From assembly GCA_039586795.1 (NCBI GenBank), contig JBDHJS010000008.1, positions 39,157-103,156 on the forward strand: 64,000 nucleotides of DNA, read 5' to 3'. Of the stretch, positions 44,781 to 55,701 are shown piece after piece. The translations under genes were made by a program, and so were the position numbers. The notes below the pieces were generated by a model. That model was not told the origin of the DNA. It saw only the letters and a program-made list of their open reading frames with translations, and did no database searches. The stretch's first letter is position 1, and every line of letters begins with the position of its first letter. Origin of the DNA: Gemmatimonadota bacterium (lineage in GTDB: Bacteria > Gemmatimonadota > Gemmatimonadetes > Palauibacterales > KS3-K002).

Positions 44781-45761
44781 TTAACCTCCTAATACCTGAG
44801 CTATTCGCTCCGCATAATATGTAATGATCACGTCGGCACCCGCTCGGCGGATCGCCAACATCGTCTCCATCATGACGCGGTCTTCGTCGATCCAGTCGCG
44901 CTCTGCCGCGGCCTTAATCATGCTGTACTCACCTGACACGTGGTAGGCGGCCACGGGGTAACCGGTATCCTGCTTGACGCGGTGGATCACATCGAGATAA
45001 GGAAGGGCAGGCTTGACCATCACGATGTCTGCACCCTCCTCGAGATCCAGCCGCGCTTCTCGAATCCCTTCATCCGAGTTGGCCGGATCCATCTGATACG
45101 CTTTGCGGTCCCCGAACTGTGGGGCCGACTCTGCGGCGTCGCGGAAAGGTCCGTAGAACGCGGACGCGTATTTGACGGCATAGGACATGATCGGAACGCT
45201 TTGGTGACCGGCCGCATCCAGAGCTCCGCGAATCGCCGCCACGCGACCATCCATCATGTCGCTCGGCGCCACCATATCCGCGCCTGCCTGCACGTGTGAC
45301 AGGGCGCTTTCGGCTAACAGCTCCAGGGTCGGGTCATTGTCGACATCACCATCCGACGTCAAGACACCGCAATGACCATGATCGGTGTACTCGCACATGC
45401 AAACATCGGTTATGACAACGAGCCGCTCGGTGCTCTCCTTTATAGCGCGGATCGCACGCTGGACGATTCCGTCCTCTGCGTATGCGCCGCTGCCACGCGA
45501 GTCTTTGCTCTCGGGAATGCCAAACAGCAGGACCGACCCGATACCCAACGACTCGAGCTTCGATGCTTCCTCGGCCGCCGCTTCCACCGAAAGCTGTTCG
45601 ACGCCGGGCATCGACGATACCGCGTGCCGTCCCTCCTGAAACGTCACGAACATTGGCGCGACGAAGTCCGCCGCGCTCAGGGTAGTCTCGCGGACCATCG
45701 CTCTCAGCTGCTCCGTCCGCCTGAGCCTTCGCGGCCTGTAGGTCGGGAATCTTGCCATCAA
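44781..45761 (-). CDS. hemB: porphobilinogen synthase
   Basis: [37 protein letters not shown]. Confidence 0.99.
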   Translation of the reverse strand: MMARFPTYRPRRLRRTEQLRAMVRETTLSAADFVAPMFVTFQEGRHAVSSMPGVEQLSVEAAAEEASKLESLGIGSVLLFGIPESKDSRGSGAYAEDGIVQRAIRAIKESTERLVVITDVCMCEYTDHGHCGVLTSDGDVDNDPTLELLAESALSHVQAGADMVAPSDMMDGRVAAIRGALDAAGHQSVPIMSYAVKYASAFYGPFRDAAESAPQFGDRKAYQMDPANSDEGIREARLDLEEGADIVMVKPALPYLDVIHRVKQDTGYPVAAYHVSGEYSMIKAAAERDWIDEDRVMMETMLAIRRAGADVIITYYAERIAQVLGG

Positions 45762-46543
45762 CCCTGCTCCTCTATCCCTGCGTAGTACTCGCCGATCGCT
45801 TCGAGCAGCCCCGGCACGGTGTACTCCCGCGCCTCCACGTCAACTTGCAGCCCCACCGCCCGCGCCGCCTTCGCCGTGATTGGGCCGATCACCGCGACAC
45901 GTGCGCTGCCGAGGCTCGGGCCAACCTCGTCCACGTAGCAGCGGACGGTCGACGCCGCGGTAAACGTCACCATGTCGATCTCTCCGCCCTCGACCGCCTT
46001 CCGCAACGCCTTGATCCCCTCGCGATTCGCTACGGACTCATAAGCGACGACCTCGTCAACAGCAGCGCCCGCGGCCCGAAGACGCTCGGGAAGCACCTGT
46101 CGCGCGCCCGCCGCCCTGGGCAACAGCACCCGGGAGCCGGCGATCGCGCCATCGGCAATAAGCGCATCCGCAACCGCCTCCGCAACGTACTCGTCGGGGA
46201 CAACCCGTGCTTGAACCTTCCGCTCTTCCAGCGCACCCGCGGTCGCCGGCCCGATGGCGGCCACCTCCAGTCCCTGAGGCAGGGTAGAGTCCCGCCCCGC
46301 GACCCGCAGCTGTCGCCAGAATCGCTCCACGCCGTTCACGCTAGTGAACACGACCCAACGGTACAGCTCCAGCTCGGCGATACACGCCCTGAGCGGCGCC
46401 AGGTCCGCCGGATCGGAGATCTGGATGGTCGGGTAGCTGATGGCCTGAGCACCCAACTCCCGCAGCCCGGACAGTAGTGGATAGACCTGTGCTTCGGGTC
46501 GCGTCACCGCGATCCGTCGCCCGTTCAAAGGCTTGCTCTCCAC
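45758..46543 (-). CDS. hemD: uroporphyrinogen-III synthase
   Basis: VTRP, FTSVNGV, AIGPATA, FTAAS.V, IGPIT; GTG start inferred. Confidence 0.93.
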   Translation of the reverse strand: MESKPLNGRRIAVTRPEAQVYPLLSGLRELGAQAISYPTIQISDPADLAPLRACIAELELYRWVVFTSVNGVERFWRQLRVAGRDSTLPQGLEVAAIGPATAGALEERKVQARVVPDEYVAEAVADALIADGAIAGSRVLLPRAAGARQVLPERLRAAGAAVDEVVAYESVANREGIKALRKAVEGGEIDMVTFTAASTVRCYVDEVGPSLGSARVAVIGPITAKAARAVGLQVDVEAREYTVPGLLEAIGEYYAGIEEQG

Positions 46544-46615
46544 TACTCGCTCGATCCCTGGCAACGGCTTCCCTGCTCGACATTTACACCCTGACGACCG
46601 GACCGTGACGGGCAA

Positions 46616-46644
46616 AATATGGGCCGCGCTGGCCGGCACATCAA
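46616..46644 (-). promoter_or_regulatory. candidate promoter of the hemD operon
   Basis: TTGATG-N17-CATATT on the minus strand. Confidence 0.5.
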
Positions 46645-46687
46645 CTGACCACTACCGCAAATACCTTGAGCGCAGTCAGATAGAGCA

Positions 46688-46702
46688 TTCAACCCGGTTG
46701 AA
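46688..46702. promoter_or_regulatory. palindrome, candidate transcription-factor operator
   Basis: TTCAACC-C-GGTTGAA between divergent promoters. Confidence 0.4.
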
Positions 46703-46759
46703 CTGTTGGTCGAGGCTCGCACCTGGCGGGGCGAGCTGCCCCACATGGAAGCGGTGTTA

Positions 46760-46788
46760 TTGCTTGGGCGACAGTCCCGGCGCATATT
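46760..46788 (+). promoter_or_regulatory. candidate promoter of the plus-strand gene
   Basis: TTGCTT-N17-CATATT. Confidence 0.5.
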
Positions 46789-46868
46789 TCCTTGCTTCGA
46801 GATCAACCGAACTGCGCTGAGTGGCCAGCCCTGCCTGTTGCTGGCTTGCATCGGAAAGGAGCCAATTC

Positions 46869-47270
46869 ATGGCCAGTTTTGTTAGCGCGAACCTCAGCCA
46901 CGAGCTGAGCGAGCACTTTGTCACGTTCACCCTAACAACGGTTATCCGTTTCGAGCCCAAGGAAGTCGGGCATCGGTGGCTGCTCCAGTATCAGTTCATG
47001 GAAGAGGATCCGATGGCCGATGACAAGCTGTCGCAGCTGAGACGTGCCGAGTCGGTCGGCGATCCAAATCCCGGACTGATACGACACTATATCATACCGT
47101 CCAAGGAAGAGGTCGAGCTCACCTACACGGAGGAGTTCTCGGGGCACCTGGTCGACACCGAGATCGGCAAAGAAGAAGTCTATGCGACGGTGGAGATCAT
47201 CCCCCTGGAAGCACCTCCAGGATTCGTGGCGGGCAAGACCCGAACGAACATCACGGTCGTCGACGTTTAG
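46869..47270 (+). CDS. hypothetical protein (133 aa, acidic, beta-rich)
   Basis: GAAAGGA RBS before ATG, fills a gap free of minus-strand genes, has its own candidate promoter and downstream hairpin. Confidence 0.8.
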   Translation: MASFVSANLSHELSEHFVTFTLTTVIRFEPKEVGHRWLLQYQFMEEDPMADDKLSQLRRAESVGDPNPGLIRHYIIPSKEEVELTYTEEFSGHLVDTEIGKEEVYATVEIIPLEAPPGFVAGKTRTNITVVDV

Positions 47271-47280
47271 CCTGGTTCGC

Positions 47281-47304
47281 GCCGCGCCTTTTGAGGGCGG
47301 CTTC
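47281..47304 (+). terminator. hairpin after the plus-strand gene
   Basis: GCCGC(G)CCT-TTTG-AGG-GCGGC followed by TTCT. Confidence 0.4.
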
Positions 47305-47367
47305 TGCCCCGATCGCGACAGCGCAGTCGGAGGCGACGGCCCGAAGCAAGGCTAGCACTGACAAATG

Positions 47368-47410
47368 AGCGGCCGGCTCGACTCGCGAAACGCGAGCCCA
47401 GCCGGCCGTT
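47368..47410. terminator. hairpin between convergent genes (possibly bidirectional terminator)
   Basis: CGGCCGGCT..CTCGCG-AAA-CGCGAG..AGCCGGCCG with T-rich flanks on both strands. Confidence 0.6.
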
Positions 47411-47439
47411 TCTCTCGTGCCGCGAACGAGCGTGTCGGC

Positions 47440-47631
47440 TCAGGGCGCCTTGACGACCCTACCGGACTTTATACAGCGGCTACAGACGCGGACGCGCTTG
47501 ACCTCACCTTTCTCCAGCACGCGAACGCGCTGAAGGTTTGGCAGCCAACGCCGTTTCGTCTTATTGTTCGCGTGGCTCACATTGTTGCCCACCGCAGGGC
47601 CTTTGCCACACGAGTAGCACACCCGTGACAT
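47440..47631 (-). CDS. rpmB: 50S ribosomal protein L28
   Basis: [30 protein letters not shown]. Confidence 0.98.
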   Translation of the reverse strand: MSRVCYSCGKGPAVGNNVSHANNKTKRRWLPNLQRVRVLEKGEVKRVRVCSRCIKSGRVVKAP

Positions 47632-47682
47632 CGAATTCTTCTCCTATGACCTTATATACCTGTGACCGACCGCTGCACGCAG

Positions 47683-48219
47683 CTACTGGTCGATCTCACC
47701 TCCAACATCGGTCGCGTCTTCTGGGAACACGAAGTCGAGGGAGTCGACGAGGAAGAACGTCGTGTGAACCTCGACCAGCTCGCGGCTTTCCACCTCAAAG
47801 AACCCGCGCTGCACGTAGACGTCCAGAATCGAGTCGTTGAGCGCGTAGACCTGGCCAGCGACCAGAAGATTATCGCCTCTCGTGAGGGTCATCTCGGTCT
47901 CGACCTTCTCGAGCATCGCTGGCTCCAAGATGAGCGGATAGTTCTCGAGGTTGGCGACGCTGACAGCCAGCGCCGCACGACCAATCCAGTCGCTCACCTG
48001 GACCGGCGCCAGCATAATTCGCTGACGCGAGTACTGCGTCGGATCCTGAACGAACGCGGTATCATCGACCAGAGCCGGGCCTCCGCTCACGGTATCCGCG
48101 ACGACCATCGCCGTGTCCAGATTTGCCGTCTCGGCATACAGCCAGTACATGAAGCCGGCTACTAGCGCAGTAGCCACAACCGCCCACGGCCACGTGTACT
48201 TCACGAGCACATTCGCCAT
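47683..48219 (-). CDS. membrane-anchored hypothetical protein
   Basis: GGAGAAGGA RBS, single N-terminal TM helix, acidic soluble domain. Confidence 0.8.
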   Translation of the reverse strand: MANVLVKYTWPWAVVATALVAGFMYWLYAETANLDTAMVVADTVSGGPALVDDTAFVQDPTQYSRQRIMLAPVQVSDWIGRAALAVSVANLENYPLILEPAMLEKVETEMTLTRGDNLLVAGQVYALNDSILDVYVQRGFFEVESRELVEVHTTFFLVDSLDFVFPEDATDVGGEIDQ

Positions 48220-48251
48220 GCGCCTATCCTTCTCCGGAGACGGAGGTTTCC

Positions 48252-48605
48252 TCAGTCAACCAGCTGAACGACAGCAACATCGGCGCCATCGCCCTTCCGT
48301 TGCCCAAGCTTCAAGATCCGCATGTAGCCGCCACTGCGATCCGCATAGCGCGGCCCGATCGTTTCGAACAGCTTCTTCAGGGCTTCCTTATCGTGGATCT
48401 TGCGTGCCGCCTGGCGGCGGGCGTGCAGATCGCCACGACGTGCCAGTGTGATTAGCCGTTCAGCGTACGGCCTCAGCTCTTTCGCTTTGGCCTGCGTCGT
48501 CTTGATGCGCTCGTGCCGGAACAGGCTCGTTGCCATATTGGACAGCATCGCCTTCCTGTGGCTTGCTGTCCGACTGAGCTGGCGTCCCTTCCGTCTATGC
48601 CTCAC
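48252..48605 (-). CDS. rplQ: 50S ribosomal protein L17
   Basis: MRHR..GR.L.RT.SHR.A, I.TT..KAKE, R.GGY.RI.K. Confidence 0.98.
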   Translation of the reverse strand: MRHRRKGRQLSRTASHRKAMLSNMATSLFRHERIKTTQAKAKELRPYAERLITLARRGDLHARRQAARKIHDKEALKKLFETIGPRYADRSGGYMRILKLGQRKGDGADVAVVQLVD

Positions 48606-48626
48606 GGTGCCCTTCCCGGTGTACTA

Positions 48627-49670
48627 TCACTCGTTCTCGCCGTTACCGCTCTTGATCATGAAGAGCTCGCCGTCTTCGCCCTCCTGGAACTTCATGCCGA
48701 ACTGAAGCCCATGTGTTGCGAGGAGATCTTCGACTTCCTGCAGCGATTTACGGCCGAAATTCTCGATCTGCAGAATATCTTCTTCGCTACGCCGCGCAAT
48801 GTCTCCCAGCGTGCGAATGTTACCCTTCTCCAGTGTGTGTCGCGACCGCACGGAAATATCAAACTCCTCCAGTGGTCGGTTCACGACGTCCTTCACCTTC
48901 TCACTCATCGGCACCAGCTTGACCTCCGCAGCCTCAGGCTCCCCGTTACCAGCGGAGAAGCGGCGCAGGTAATCCAGATGCTTGGTCATCAGCTCCGCCG
49001 CGTAGACCACGGCTTCTTCCGGACGCATCGAACCGTCCGTTTCGACGGAGATCGTCAGCCGGTCAAAGTCGGTGCGCTGACCGACGCGCGTCTCATCGAC
49101 GTTGAAGTTCGCCCGCAGTACGGGGCTGTAGATCGAGTCGATGAGTATGAGGTCTACCGGGTCGTCCTTCCGCTTGGCATGCTGGTCGGCCAGTACGAAG
49201 CCGCGGCCATGGTTGATCCAAAGCTCGATCCGAAGCGGGCGATCCTCCGGTAACTCTTCCTGCAGCGTGAACAGGTGCTGGTCGCGGTTGACGATATCGA
49301 CCTTCGGGTTCGGCTCGAAATTACGCGCCGTCACCGGGCCTGGCTCGCTAACGGTGAGCTCCAGCTTCGCTTCCTCGTCATCCCCAACCATCCGGATAAC
49401 AAGACCTTTGAACTGCTGAATGATCTCATGGACATCTTCGCCGACGCCCATGATCGTCTGGTGCTCGTGCAGCACTCCGCTGGCGCGGAACGCCCAAACG
49501 GCCCAGCCGGGCAACGAAGACAGCAGGATCCGCCGCGTCGCGTTACCCAGGGTCTGACCGTAGCCTCGCTCCAGAGGCTGGATCAAGAAATCGGCACGAG
49601 TCCCGTCCTCGGAAATCTCCTGGATCTCTACGCGCTCGGGGAGTACCCAGCCGGTAAGGTCTAGTTGCAC
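48627..49670 (-). CDS. rpoA: RNA polymerase subunit alpha
   Basis: PLERGYG.TLGN..RRILLSS, DSIYSPV, RVGQRTDFDRL, NFGRKSL.E. Confidence 0.98.
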   Translation of the reverse strand: MQLDLTGWVLPERVEIQEISEDGTRADFLIQPLERGYGQTLGNATRRILLSSLPGWAVWAFRASGVLHEHQTIMGVGEDVHEIIQQFKGLVIRMVGDDEEAKLELTVSEPGPVTARNFEPNPKVDIVNRDQHLFTLQEELPEDRPLRIELWINHGRGFVLADQHAKRKDDPVDLILIDSIYSPVLRANFNVDETRVGQRTDFDRLTISVETDGSMRPEEAVVYAAELMTKHLDYLRRFSAGNGEPEAAEVKLVPMSEKVKDVVNRPLEEFDISVRSRHTLEKGNIRTLGDIARRSEEDILQIENFGRKSLQEVEDLLATHGLQFGMKFQEGEDGELFMIKSGNGENE

Positions 49671-49763
49671 TTTTTGGCCTCCTCTGATGCGGCCAGGTGC
49701 CGCGTGGCGCCCACTTCAGCCATTAGGGCGCCTGCATCTATCTATTAACAGGTGTCTCGGTTT

Positions 49764-50399
49764 CTACTTCGAGTACAGCTCGACGATCAACTGCTCCTGC
49801 ACGGCGAGTGGAATGTCAGCTCGCGTCGGTATCTCCAGCATCTGGCCGCTACGCTTCTTGTAATCGACCGACAGCCAATTCAGGAGCCCATTGCCGCCCC
49901 GCGCGTCCACCGCCTCTTTGACCATCGGCATATCGTGGCTCACGGCTTTGACGGCGATCTCCTGCCCCGGCCGGACCTCATAGCTGGGGATATTGACGAT
50001 CTGTCCGTTGACCGTGATGTGCCGGTGAAGCACCAACTGTCGGGCAGCCTTACGCGACGGCGCAAAGCCAAGACGGTAGACAACGTTGTCCAGCCGCGTC
50101 TCCAGTGACACGATCAGGTTGTCGCCCGTGATTCCTCTTTCGCCCGCGGCCTTCTTGAAGAGGTTTCTGAACTGCGCCTCGTGGAGACCGTAGATGCGGC
50201 GGACTTTCTGCTTCTCGCGCAGCTGTACCGCGTACTCCGAAGCGCGGCGCCGCCGCATACGCGCCATGCCGTGCTGGCCCGGCGGGTAGTTGCGTCGCTC
50301 GATCGCGCACTTCTCCGTGTTGCACCTCTTGCCCTTCAAGAAGAGCTTCTGCCCCTCTCGACGGCAAAGCCTGCAAACTGCTTCAGTATATCTCGCCAT
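49764..50399 (-). CDS. rpsD: 30S ribosomal protein S4
   Basis: CRLCRREG.KLFLKG.RC, QLREKQK, LE.RLDNVVYR, IVELYSK. Confidence 0.99.
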   Translation of the reverse strand: MARYTEAVCRLCRREGQKLFLKGKRCNTEKCAIERRNYPPGQHGMARMRRRRASEYAVQLREKQKVRRIYGLHEAQFRNLFKKAAGERGITGDNLIVSLETRLDNVVYRLGFAPSRKAARQLVLHRHITVNGQIVNIPSYEVRPGQEIAVKAVSHDMPMVKEAVDARGGNGLLNWLSVDYKKRSGQMLEIPTRADIPLAVQEQLIVELYSK

Positions 50400-50425
50400 C
50401 TACCTGTGTTTCTCGCTTCAGCCGC

Positions 50426-50818
50426 TCAGACTCGCCGTTTCTTCGGCGGTCGGCACCCATTGTGAGGAATCGGAGTAACGTCGCGGATCGAACGGATCTG
50501 TAGACCCGATGATTGCAGCGCCTGTATCGCCGACTCCCGCCCTGACCCCGGGCCCTGCACGCGCACGTGCACGCGCTTCATCCCCAGGCTCACAGCCTCC
50601 TTCGCCGCGTTCTCAGCCGCAACCGTGGCGGCGAACGGCGTTGACTTCTTGGAACCCTTGAACCCCGATTTGCCCGGGCTGCCCCAGACTACGGTGTTCC
50701 CTTCGAGGTCCGTAATCGTGACGATGGTGTTGTTGAAGGTCGCCTTGATGTAGGCGATCCCCTCGACACCCACGTCCTTCTTCTTCCTCTGTCCTGACTG
50801 TTTCTTCTTTGGAGGCAT
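50426..50818 (-). CDS. rpsK: 30S ribosomal protein S11
   Basis: [36 protein letters not shown]. Confidence 0.99.
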   Translation of the reverse strand: MPPKKKQSGQRKKKDVGVEGIAYIKATFNNTIVTITDLEGNTVVWGSPGKSGFKGSKKSTPFAATVAAENAAKEAVSLGMKRVHVRVQGPGSGRESAIQALQSSGLQIRSIRDVTPIPHNGCRPPKKRRV

Positions 50819-50853
50819 AGGCCCGTTCGCTCGATCCTGTTATCTAACGCGCT

Positions 50854-51234
50854 CTACTTACGCGGAGCCTTCTTCCGGCCCGCTACCGTCCGACGCGGGC
50901 CCTTCCGCGTCCGGGCGTTGGTATGCGTGCGTTGACCCCGCACCGGCAGGCCCTTGCGATGCCGCACGCCGCGATAACTGCCGATGTCCATCAAACGCTT
51001 GATGTTCATCGAGATTTCGGTGCGCAGAGCGCCTTCTACTTTGAAATCATTCTCGATCACACGGCGGATCTTGTTTAGATCCTCGTCCGAGAGATCGCTC
51101 ACTCGCGTCTCCGAACTCACGCCGGTCTTATCGAGAATAACCCGCGAGCTGGTGTTCCCTATACCGTAGATGTACGTAAGGGCTACACCCACTCGCTTGC
51201 TGTTTGGCAGATCAACTCCTGCAATTCGTACCAT
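50854..51234 (-). CDS. rpsM: 30S ribosomal protein S13
   Basis: [34 protein letters not shown]. Confidence 0.99.
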   Translation of the reverse strand: MVRIAGVDLPNSKRVGVALTYIYGIGNTSSRVILDKTGVSSETRVSDLSDEDLNKIRRVIENDFKVEGALRTEISMNIKRLMDIGSYRGVRHRKGLPVRGQRTHTNARTRKGPRRTVAGRKKAPRK

Positions 51235-51238
51235 CTCT

Positions 51239-51355
51239 CTAGCCCTGCCGCTGCTTGTGTCTTGGATTTCTCTTGCAGATGACCCGAACGACACCGCGCC
51301 GCCGAACCAGCTTGCAGTGCTCGCAGATCCGCTTAACGCTCGATCTCACCTTCAC
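51239..51355 (-). CDS. rpmJ: 50S ribosomal protein L36 (not in ORF track)
   Basis: manual translation from GTG 51355: [41 protein letters not shown]. Confidence 0.98.
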   Translation of the reverse strand: MKVRSSVKRICEHCKLVRRRGVVRVICKRNPRHKQRQG

Positions 51356-51393
51356 TTGACTGCTCTCTTTCAGCTGTTTTGGGTCAGCCTTTC

Positions 51394-51421
51394 AAGATAT
51401 CCAGCCGTTCCCGAATATCAA
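51394..51421 (-). promoter_or_regulatory. candidate internal promoter for the rpmJ-alpha operon
   Basis: TTGATA-N16-TATCTT in the infA-rpmJ spacer. Confidence 0.5.
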
Positions 51422-51481
51422 TGGCGCGATCTCCTCGCCGCCAAGCTGCCGGACCCAAGCCCGTAACCCCTTGAACAACAA

Positions 51482-51700
51482 TCACTTATAACGATAAGTG
51501 ATCCGCCCGCGCGTCAGGTCGTACGGCGATAATTCCACCTGGACCTTATCCCCCGGCAGGATCCTGATGTAATGCATCCGGATCTTGCCCGAGATGTGGG
51601 CTGTGATTTCGTGACCGTTCTCGAGCTCGACCCTAAACATCGCGTTGGGAAGAGCTTCGACCACGGTACCGGTCATCTGGATCGACTCTTCCTTCGACAC
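51482..51700 (-). CDS. infA: translation initiation factor IF-1
   Basis: [46 protein letters not shown]. Confidence 0.99.
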   Translation of the reverse strand: MSKEESIQMTGTVVEALPNAMFRVELENGHEITAHISGKIRMHYIRILPGDKVQVELSPYDLTRGRITYRYK

Positions 51701-51715
51701 CTAGCCTCGCCTTCC

Positions 51716-52483
51716 TCAGCCTGCTTTTGATGGCACGACGGTCAGAACTCTCGGACCGTTATGCGTGATCGCTACCGTATGTTCGAAGTGCGCCGAGATC
51801 TGGCCATCCGCCGTTACCACGGTCCAATCATCGGACAGCGTTCTGATTTCCCGCCCGCCCAGATTGAACATGGGCTCGATAGCGAGGACCAGACCGGGCT
51901 GCAACTTGAGACCTTCGCCAGCGCGTCCATAGTTCGGAACCTGAGGCTCCTCGTGGGGCTTGCTCCCGATTCCGTGACCGACGAGCTCCCGGACAACGCT
52001 GTAACCCGCCTCGACGCCTACCCTCTCGATGGCGGAACTGATATCACCGATCCGGCCTCCGGGCCGCGCAGCCTCGACGCCACGCACAAGCGCTTCCCGG
52101 GTCACATCGAGCAACCGACGCGAGTTCCCGTCGATCTCACCTACTGCCAGCGTAACGGCGCCATCCCCGAAATAGCCATCGTACTGAACGCCGACATCGA
52201 CGCTGACCACATCACCCTCATCCAGGACCCGGTCCTGAGCGGGGATGCCGTGCACAACCTCGTGATTGACGCTCGTGCACAGCGTTGCGGGGAATCCGTA
52301 CAAGCCCTTGAACGCCGGCGTAGCTCCGTCGTAGCTGCGAATGAGCAACTCCGCCCATTCATCCAGAGCCCCCGTCGAAACGCCGGGCTGCACTTGTTCG
52401 TCTAGTTGATCAAGCACATCTGCCACGATCGCAGAGGCGTGCGCGATCAGTTCGATCTCTTCGTCCGTTTTCAGCGTGATCAA
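51716..52483 (-). CDS. map: type I methionine aminopeptidase
   Basis: SVN.EVVHGIP, GHGIG..PHEEP, AIEPM, SAHFEHT; TTG start overlapping the adk stop. Confidence 0.97.
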   Translation of the reverse strand: MITLKTDEEIELIAHASAIVADVLDQLDEQVQPGVSTGALDEWAELLIRSYDGATPAFKGLYGFPATLCTSVNHEVVHGIPAQDRVLDEGDVVSVDVGVQYDGYFGDGAVTLAVGEIDGNSRRLLDVTREALVRGVEAARPGGRIGDISSAIERVGVEAGYSVVRELVGHGIGSKPHEEPQVPNYGRAGEGLKLQPGLVLAIEPMFNLGGREIRTLSDDWTVVTADGQISAHFEHTVAITHNGPRVLTVVPSKAG

Positions 52484-53130
52484 GAGCAATCCACTACGCT
52501 GAGCACTTTGGCGAATACTTCCTCCAACGAGCCTACGGCTTCCAGTTTCCGCAGCTCGACCTGACTATTCTCATACCAATCGAGGAGCGGAGCCGTACTC
52601 TCGCGATACACGCGAAGTCGGTTCCGTACGGTCTCCTCCCGATCGTCGGCGCGCGTCTCCAGCTCCCCCCCGCACTTATCGCAGACACCTTCAGTCGCCG
52701 GCGGATCGAAATACGCGTTGTAGACCGCTCCGCAACCCGTGCAGACTCGGCGACCGCTCAAGCGGCGGACCAGATCTTCCTCTGGCACGTCGAAGTAGAC
52801 CACCGAATCGAGCTCAACCCCGCTCTCGCTCAACAGCGTCTGCAGACCTTCGGCCTGGGCGATCGTGCGCGGGAATCCGTCTAGCATGAAGCCCTCTCGC
52901 GCCTCTGGAGCGGCGAGGGCGTCTCGGACCAATCCGAGGACAACCTCGTCCGGTACAAGTTCACCGGCGTCCATGTACTTCCGTGCTTCGAGTCCCAGGT
53001 TCGTCTCATTGCGAACGGCTTCGCGAAGAATGTCGCCCGTCGCGTACTTCGGGATGCCGCACCGTTCGACAAGCCGATCTCCCTGTGTACCCTTCCCTGC
53101 GCCAGGTGGCCCCAGCAATACGATGTTCAA
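52480..53130 (-). CDS. adk: adenylate kinase (zinc-binding LID)
   Basis: GPPGAGKGTQ, LDGFPRT..QA, C..C/C..C LID. Confidence 0.98.
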   Translation of the reverse strand: MNIVLLGPPGAGKGTQGDRLVERCGIPKYATGDILREAVRNETNLGLEARKYMDAGELVPDEVVLGLVRDALAAPEAREGFMLDGFPRTIAQAEGLQTLLSESGVELDSVVYFDVPEEDLVRRLSGRRVCTGCGAVYNAYFDPPATEGVCDKCGGELETRADDREETVRNRLRVYRESTAPLLDWYENSQVELRKLEAVGSLEEVFAKVLSVVDCS

Positions 53131-53155
53131 GCTACACCTTCCGATTGACGGGGCC

Positions 53156-54481
53156 TTACATGTACCTCTGTCGGCCGCGGTATTTCACTCGACCCTTCTT
53201 CATGAAGCCCTCATAGTGACGAAGCAGCAGATGCTGCTGCATTTGCTGGACGGTATCGAGCGCCACTCCGACGATGATCAGCAAGGCTGTACCGCCGAAG
53301 AAGAAGAGCTGGATATCGAACCAGGCAAAGATCATGAATGGGACCAATGCAATCGCAGCGAGGAATACTGAACCGGGAAGCGTGATCCTGTTCAGCACGT
53401 ACTCGATGTACTCGGCTGTTCTCACACCCGGTTTAACGCCCGGTATGAACGCACCCTGCTTGTTCAGGTTTTCGGCGATGTCGACCGGGTTGAAGATGAT
53501 GGCCGTGTAGAAGTAGGTGAAGAATACGATCAACAGTCCATAGGTGATGTAGTAAACCGAGTTGCCCGGTTGGAACAGCCGGGACATTTCGGCGAGAATC
53601 GGCACGTTGGAGAACGAGGCGAGGGTACCAGGCACCACTATGATCGACTGAGCGAAGATGATCGGCATCACGCCGGCGGAGTTGATCCGCAACGGGATGA
53701 AAGACTTCTGACCCTCACGTATTCGACCGCGGCCGACGACCTTGCGAGGTATCTGAACAGGGATCTTCCGCGCGGCCATCGTCACAGCTACGGTGCCCGC
53801 CATCACGCCGACCATCACGACCAGAAGCGCGACCAACTTGAACAGGCTGATCGTTCCGACGCTCACCGCTTCAAACGTGCGGCCGACGGCGTTCGGGAAC
53901 CCCTCGATGATTCCGAAGAAGATCAGCAGCGACATGCCGTTGCCGATCCCGCGCTCGGTGATCTGCTCGCCCAGCCACATGATGAACACACCGCCCGCAA
54001 CCAATGAAAGTACAGTCACGAAACGGAAAGCGAGGCCTGGGTACGGGACGATCGGTGACTGTACACCGGCGGCGTTCTCCAGGAAGATCGCGTAGGCGTA
54101 TCCCTGAAGTATGCAGAGCAGCACCGTGGTGTATCTCGTCCACTGATTCAGCCGCTTACGCCCTTCTTCACCTTCCTTCTGCATCTTCTCGATCGTCGGG
54201 AAGACGGCGCCGAGCAGCTGGAACATGATCGAGGCGGAGATGTACGGCATGATCCCCAGCGCGAATATGGTCGCGCGCTGCAGACCACCGCCAACGAACA
54301 TGTCGTAGAGACCGAAGAGCGTACCCTGAAACTGTTGAGCGACATCACGCAACGCGATGACGTCGATACCAGGTACGGTGATGTGGGCACCGAACCGGTA
54401 GATCGCCAGGCAGCCCAGGGTGAATAGTAGCTTCTGCTTAAGTTCAGGGGCGCGGAGAAGACTCTGGATGGGATTCGCCAT
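53156..54481 (-). CDS. secY: preprotein translocase SecY
   Basis: [47 protein letters not shown]. Confidence 0.99.
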   Translation of the reverse strand: MANPIQSLLRAPELKQKLLFTLGCLAIYRFGAHITVPGIDVIALRDVAQQFQGTLFGLYDMFVGGGLQRATIFALGIMPYISASIMFQLLGAVFPTIEKMQKEGEEGRKRLNQWTRYTTVLLCILQGYAYAIFLENAAGVQSPIVPYPGLAFRFVTVLSLVAGGVFIMWLGEQITERGIGNGMSLLIFFGIIEGFPNAVGRTFEAVSVGTISLFKLVALLVVMVGVMAGTVAVTMAARKIPVQIPRKVVGRGRIREGQKSFIPLRINSAGVMPIIFAQSIIVVPGTLASFSNVPILAEMSRLFQPGNSVYYITYGLLIVFFTYFYTAIIFNPVDIAENLNKQGAFIPGVKPGVRTAEYIEYVLNRITLPGSVFLAAIALVPFMIFAWFDIQLFFFGGTALLIIVGVALDTVQQMQQHLLLRHYEGFMKKGRVKYRGRQRYM

Positions 54482-54924
54482 CAGTCGGCCTCGCTCACCT
54501 CGCCGCCGGCTTTCTCGATCTTCTCACGCGCCGTGCGGCTGAACGCGTGGGCCGTGACCTTCAACGACCGGGAGATCTCTCCGTGGCCGAGAATCTTCAC
54601 AGGCCGACGCAGCGAGCCGATCAACCCGGCAGCCTTCATGGTCTCGAGATTCGCCTCGTCACCGTCGATCCGCTCGAGAGCATTCACATTGACGGGCTGG
54701 TATTCGACACGCTTATACGGACTGAAGCCGCGCTTCGGCAGGCGTCTCTGCAACGGCATCTGGCCGCCTTCGAACCATGGCTTGGTCGAGCCGCCGGAAC
54801 GGGACTTCTGTCCCTTGTGCCCGCGGCCGGCCGTCTTTCCAACGCCCGAGCCGGGCCCGCGTCCGACACGCTTCGCCGTCCGCTTGGCCCCTTTGGGGCG
54901 CTTCATCGACTCTAGGTGCGTCAT
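54481..54924 (-). CDS. rplO: 50S ribosomal protein L15
   Basis: [35 protein letters not shown]. Confidence 0.99.
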   Translation of the reverse strand: MTHLESMKRPKGAKRTAKRVGRGPGSGVGKTAGRGHKGQKSRSGGSTKPWFEGGQMPLQRRLPKRGFSPYKRVEYQPVNVNALERIDGDEANLETMKAAGLIGSLRRPVKILGHGEISRSLKVTAHAFSRTAREKIEKAGGEVSEAD

Positions 54925-54929
54925 CTAGC

Positions 54930-55130
54930 TCAAGATCCCTTCTCAGCTTCGTCCGATGCGGGCTCAACCTCTACAAGGTGTTTGACCTTGAAGATCATGC
55001 CCCTGATGGTGGGGTTGTCCGGCTTGATCACGCTGCGCTGGTGTCGTAGGCCCAAGGCCTCCAGCGTAAGGCGGATCTTGCGCGGAGCACCCAGCCCGCT
55101 CTTTATCTGACGGACTTTCAGCTTACTCAC
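54930..55130 (-). CDS. rpmD: 50S ribosomal protein L30
   Basis: LK..Q.KS..G, TL.ALGLR, IRGMI.KV.HLV; GGAGG before GTG. Confidence 0.95.
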   Translation of the reverse strand: MSKLKVRQIKSGLGAPRKIRLTLEALGLRHQRSVIKPDNPTIRGMIFKVKHLVEVEPASDEAEKGS

Positions 55131-55701
55131 TTCGTCCTCCAAGCAGCTCTTCCACAGAAATGCCTCGCTCCCAAGCTGCCCTCTCCGGTGTCACCAATCT
55201 GGTCAAGCCATCCATCGTAGCTCGAACCATGTTGATCGGGTTATTCGATCCCAGGCTCTTGGTCAGGATATCCTGGATGCCAACACAGTCGAGAACCGCT
55301 CGAACCGGACCACCGGCGATGACGCCGGTTCCTGGCCCGGCCGGACGGAGCAGCACGCGTCCGGCTCCGTGATGGCCCGTAATCGCGTGGGGAATCGTCC
55401 CGTGTCTAACGATCGGAACTTCGACCATGTTGCGGCGCGCCTGCTCGAACCCTTTGCGTATCGCTTCCGCGACCTGGTTCGCCTTGCCCAGCGCGATCCC
55501 GACCTTCCCCTGCTGGTCACCGGCTGCGACGAGGGCCGTAAAGGAAAAGCGTCTTCCGCCTTTGACGACCTTGGCGACACGGTTGATATAGATGACGTTC
55601 TCGGCGAGCTCCGATTCTCTTGCTCGCTTATCGCGCCGATCCCGCTTGTCGCGGCTATCTCTATCGCGCCGATCCCGACTGTCTCGCTGCTGATTCGCCA
55701 C
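55123..55701 (-). CDS. rpsE: 30S ribosomal protein S5
   Basis: [38 protein letters not shown]-rich N-terminal tail. Confidence 0.99.
   Translation of the reverse strand: MANQQRDSRDRRDRDSRDKRDRRDKRARESELAENVIYINRVAKVVKGGRRFSFTALVAAGDQQGKVGIALGKANQVAEAIRKGFEQARRNMVEVPIVRHGTIPHAITGHHGAGRVLLRPAGPGTGVIAGGPVRAVLDCVGIQDILTKSLGSNNPINMVRATMDGLTRLVTPERAAWERGISVEELLGGRSE

Noticed and set aside
46650..46835. 6S RNA-like long-range pairing (AGCGCAGT/ACTGCGCT)
   Set aside because: The pairing is patchy and overlaps the promoter candidate of the plus-strand gene, and I recognise no 6S conserved boxes. An Infernal search would be needed to settle it.
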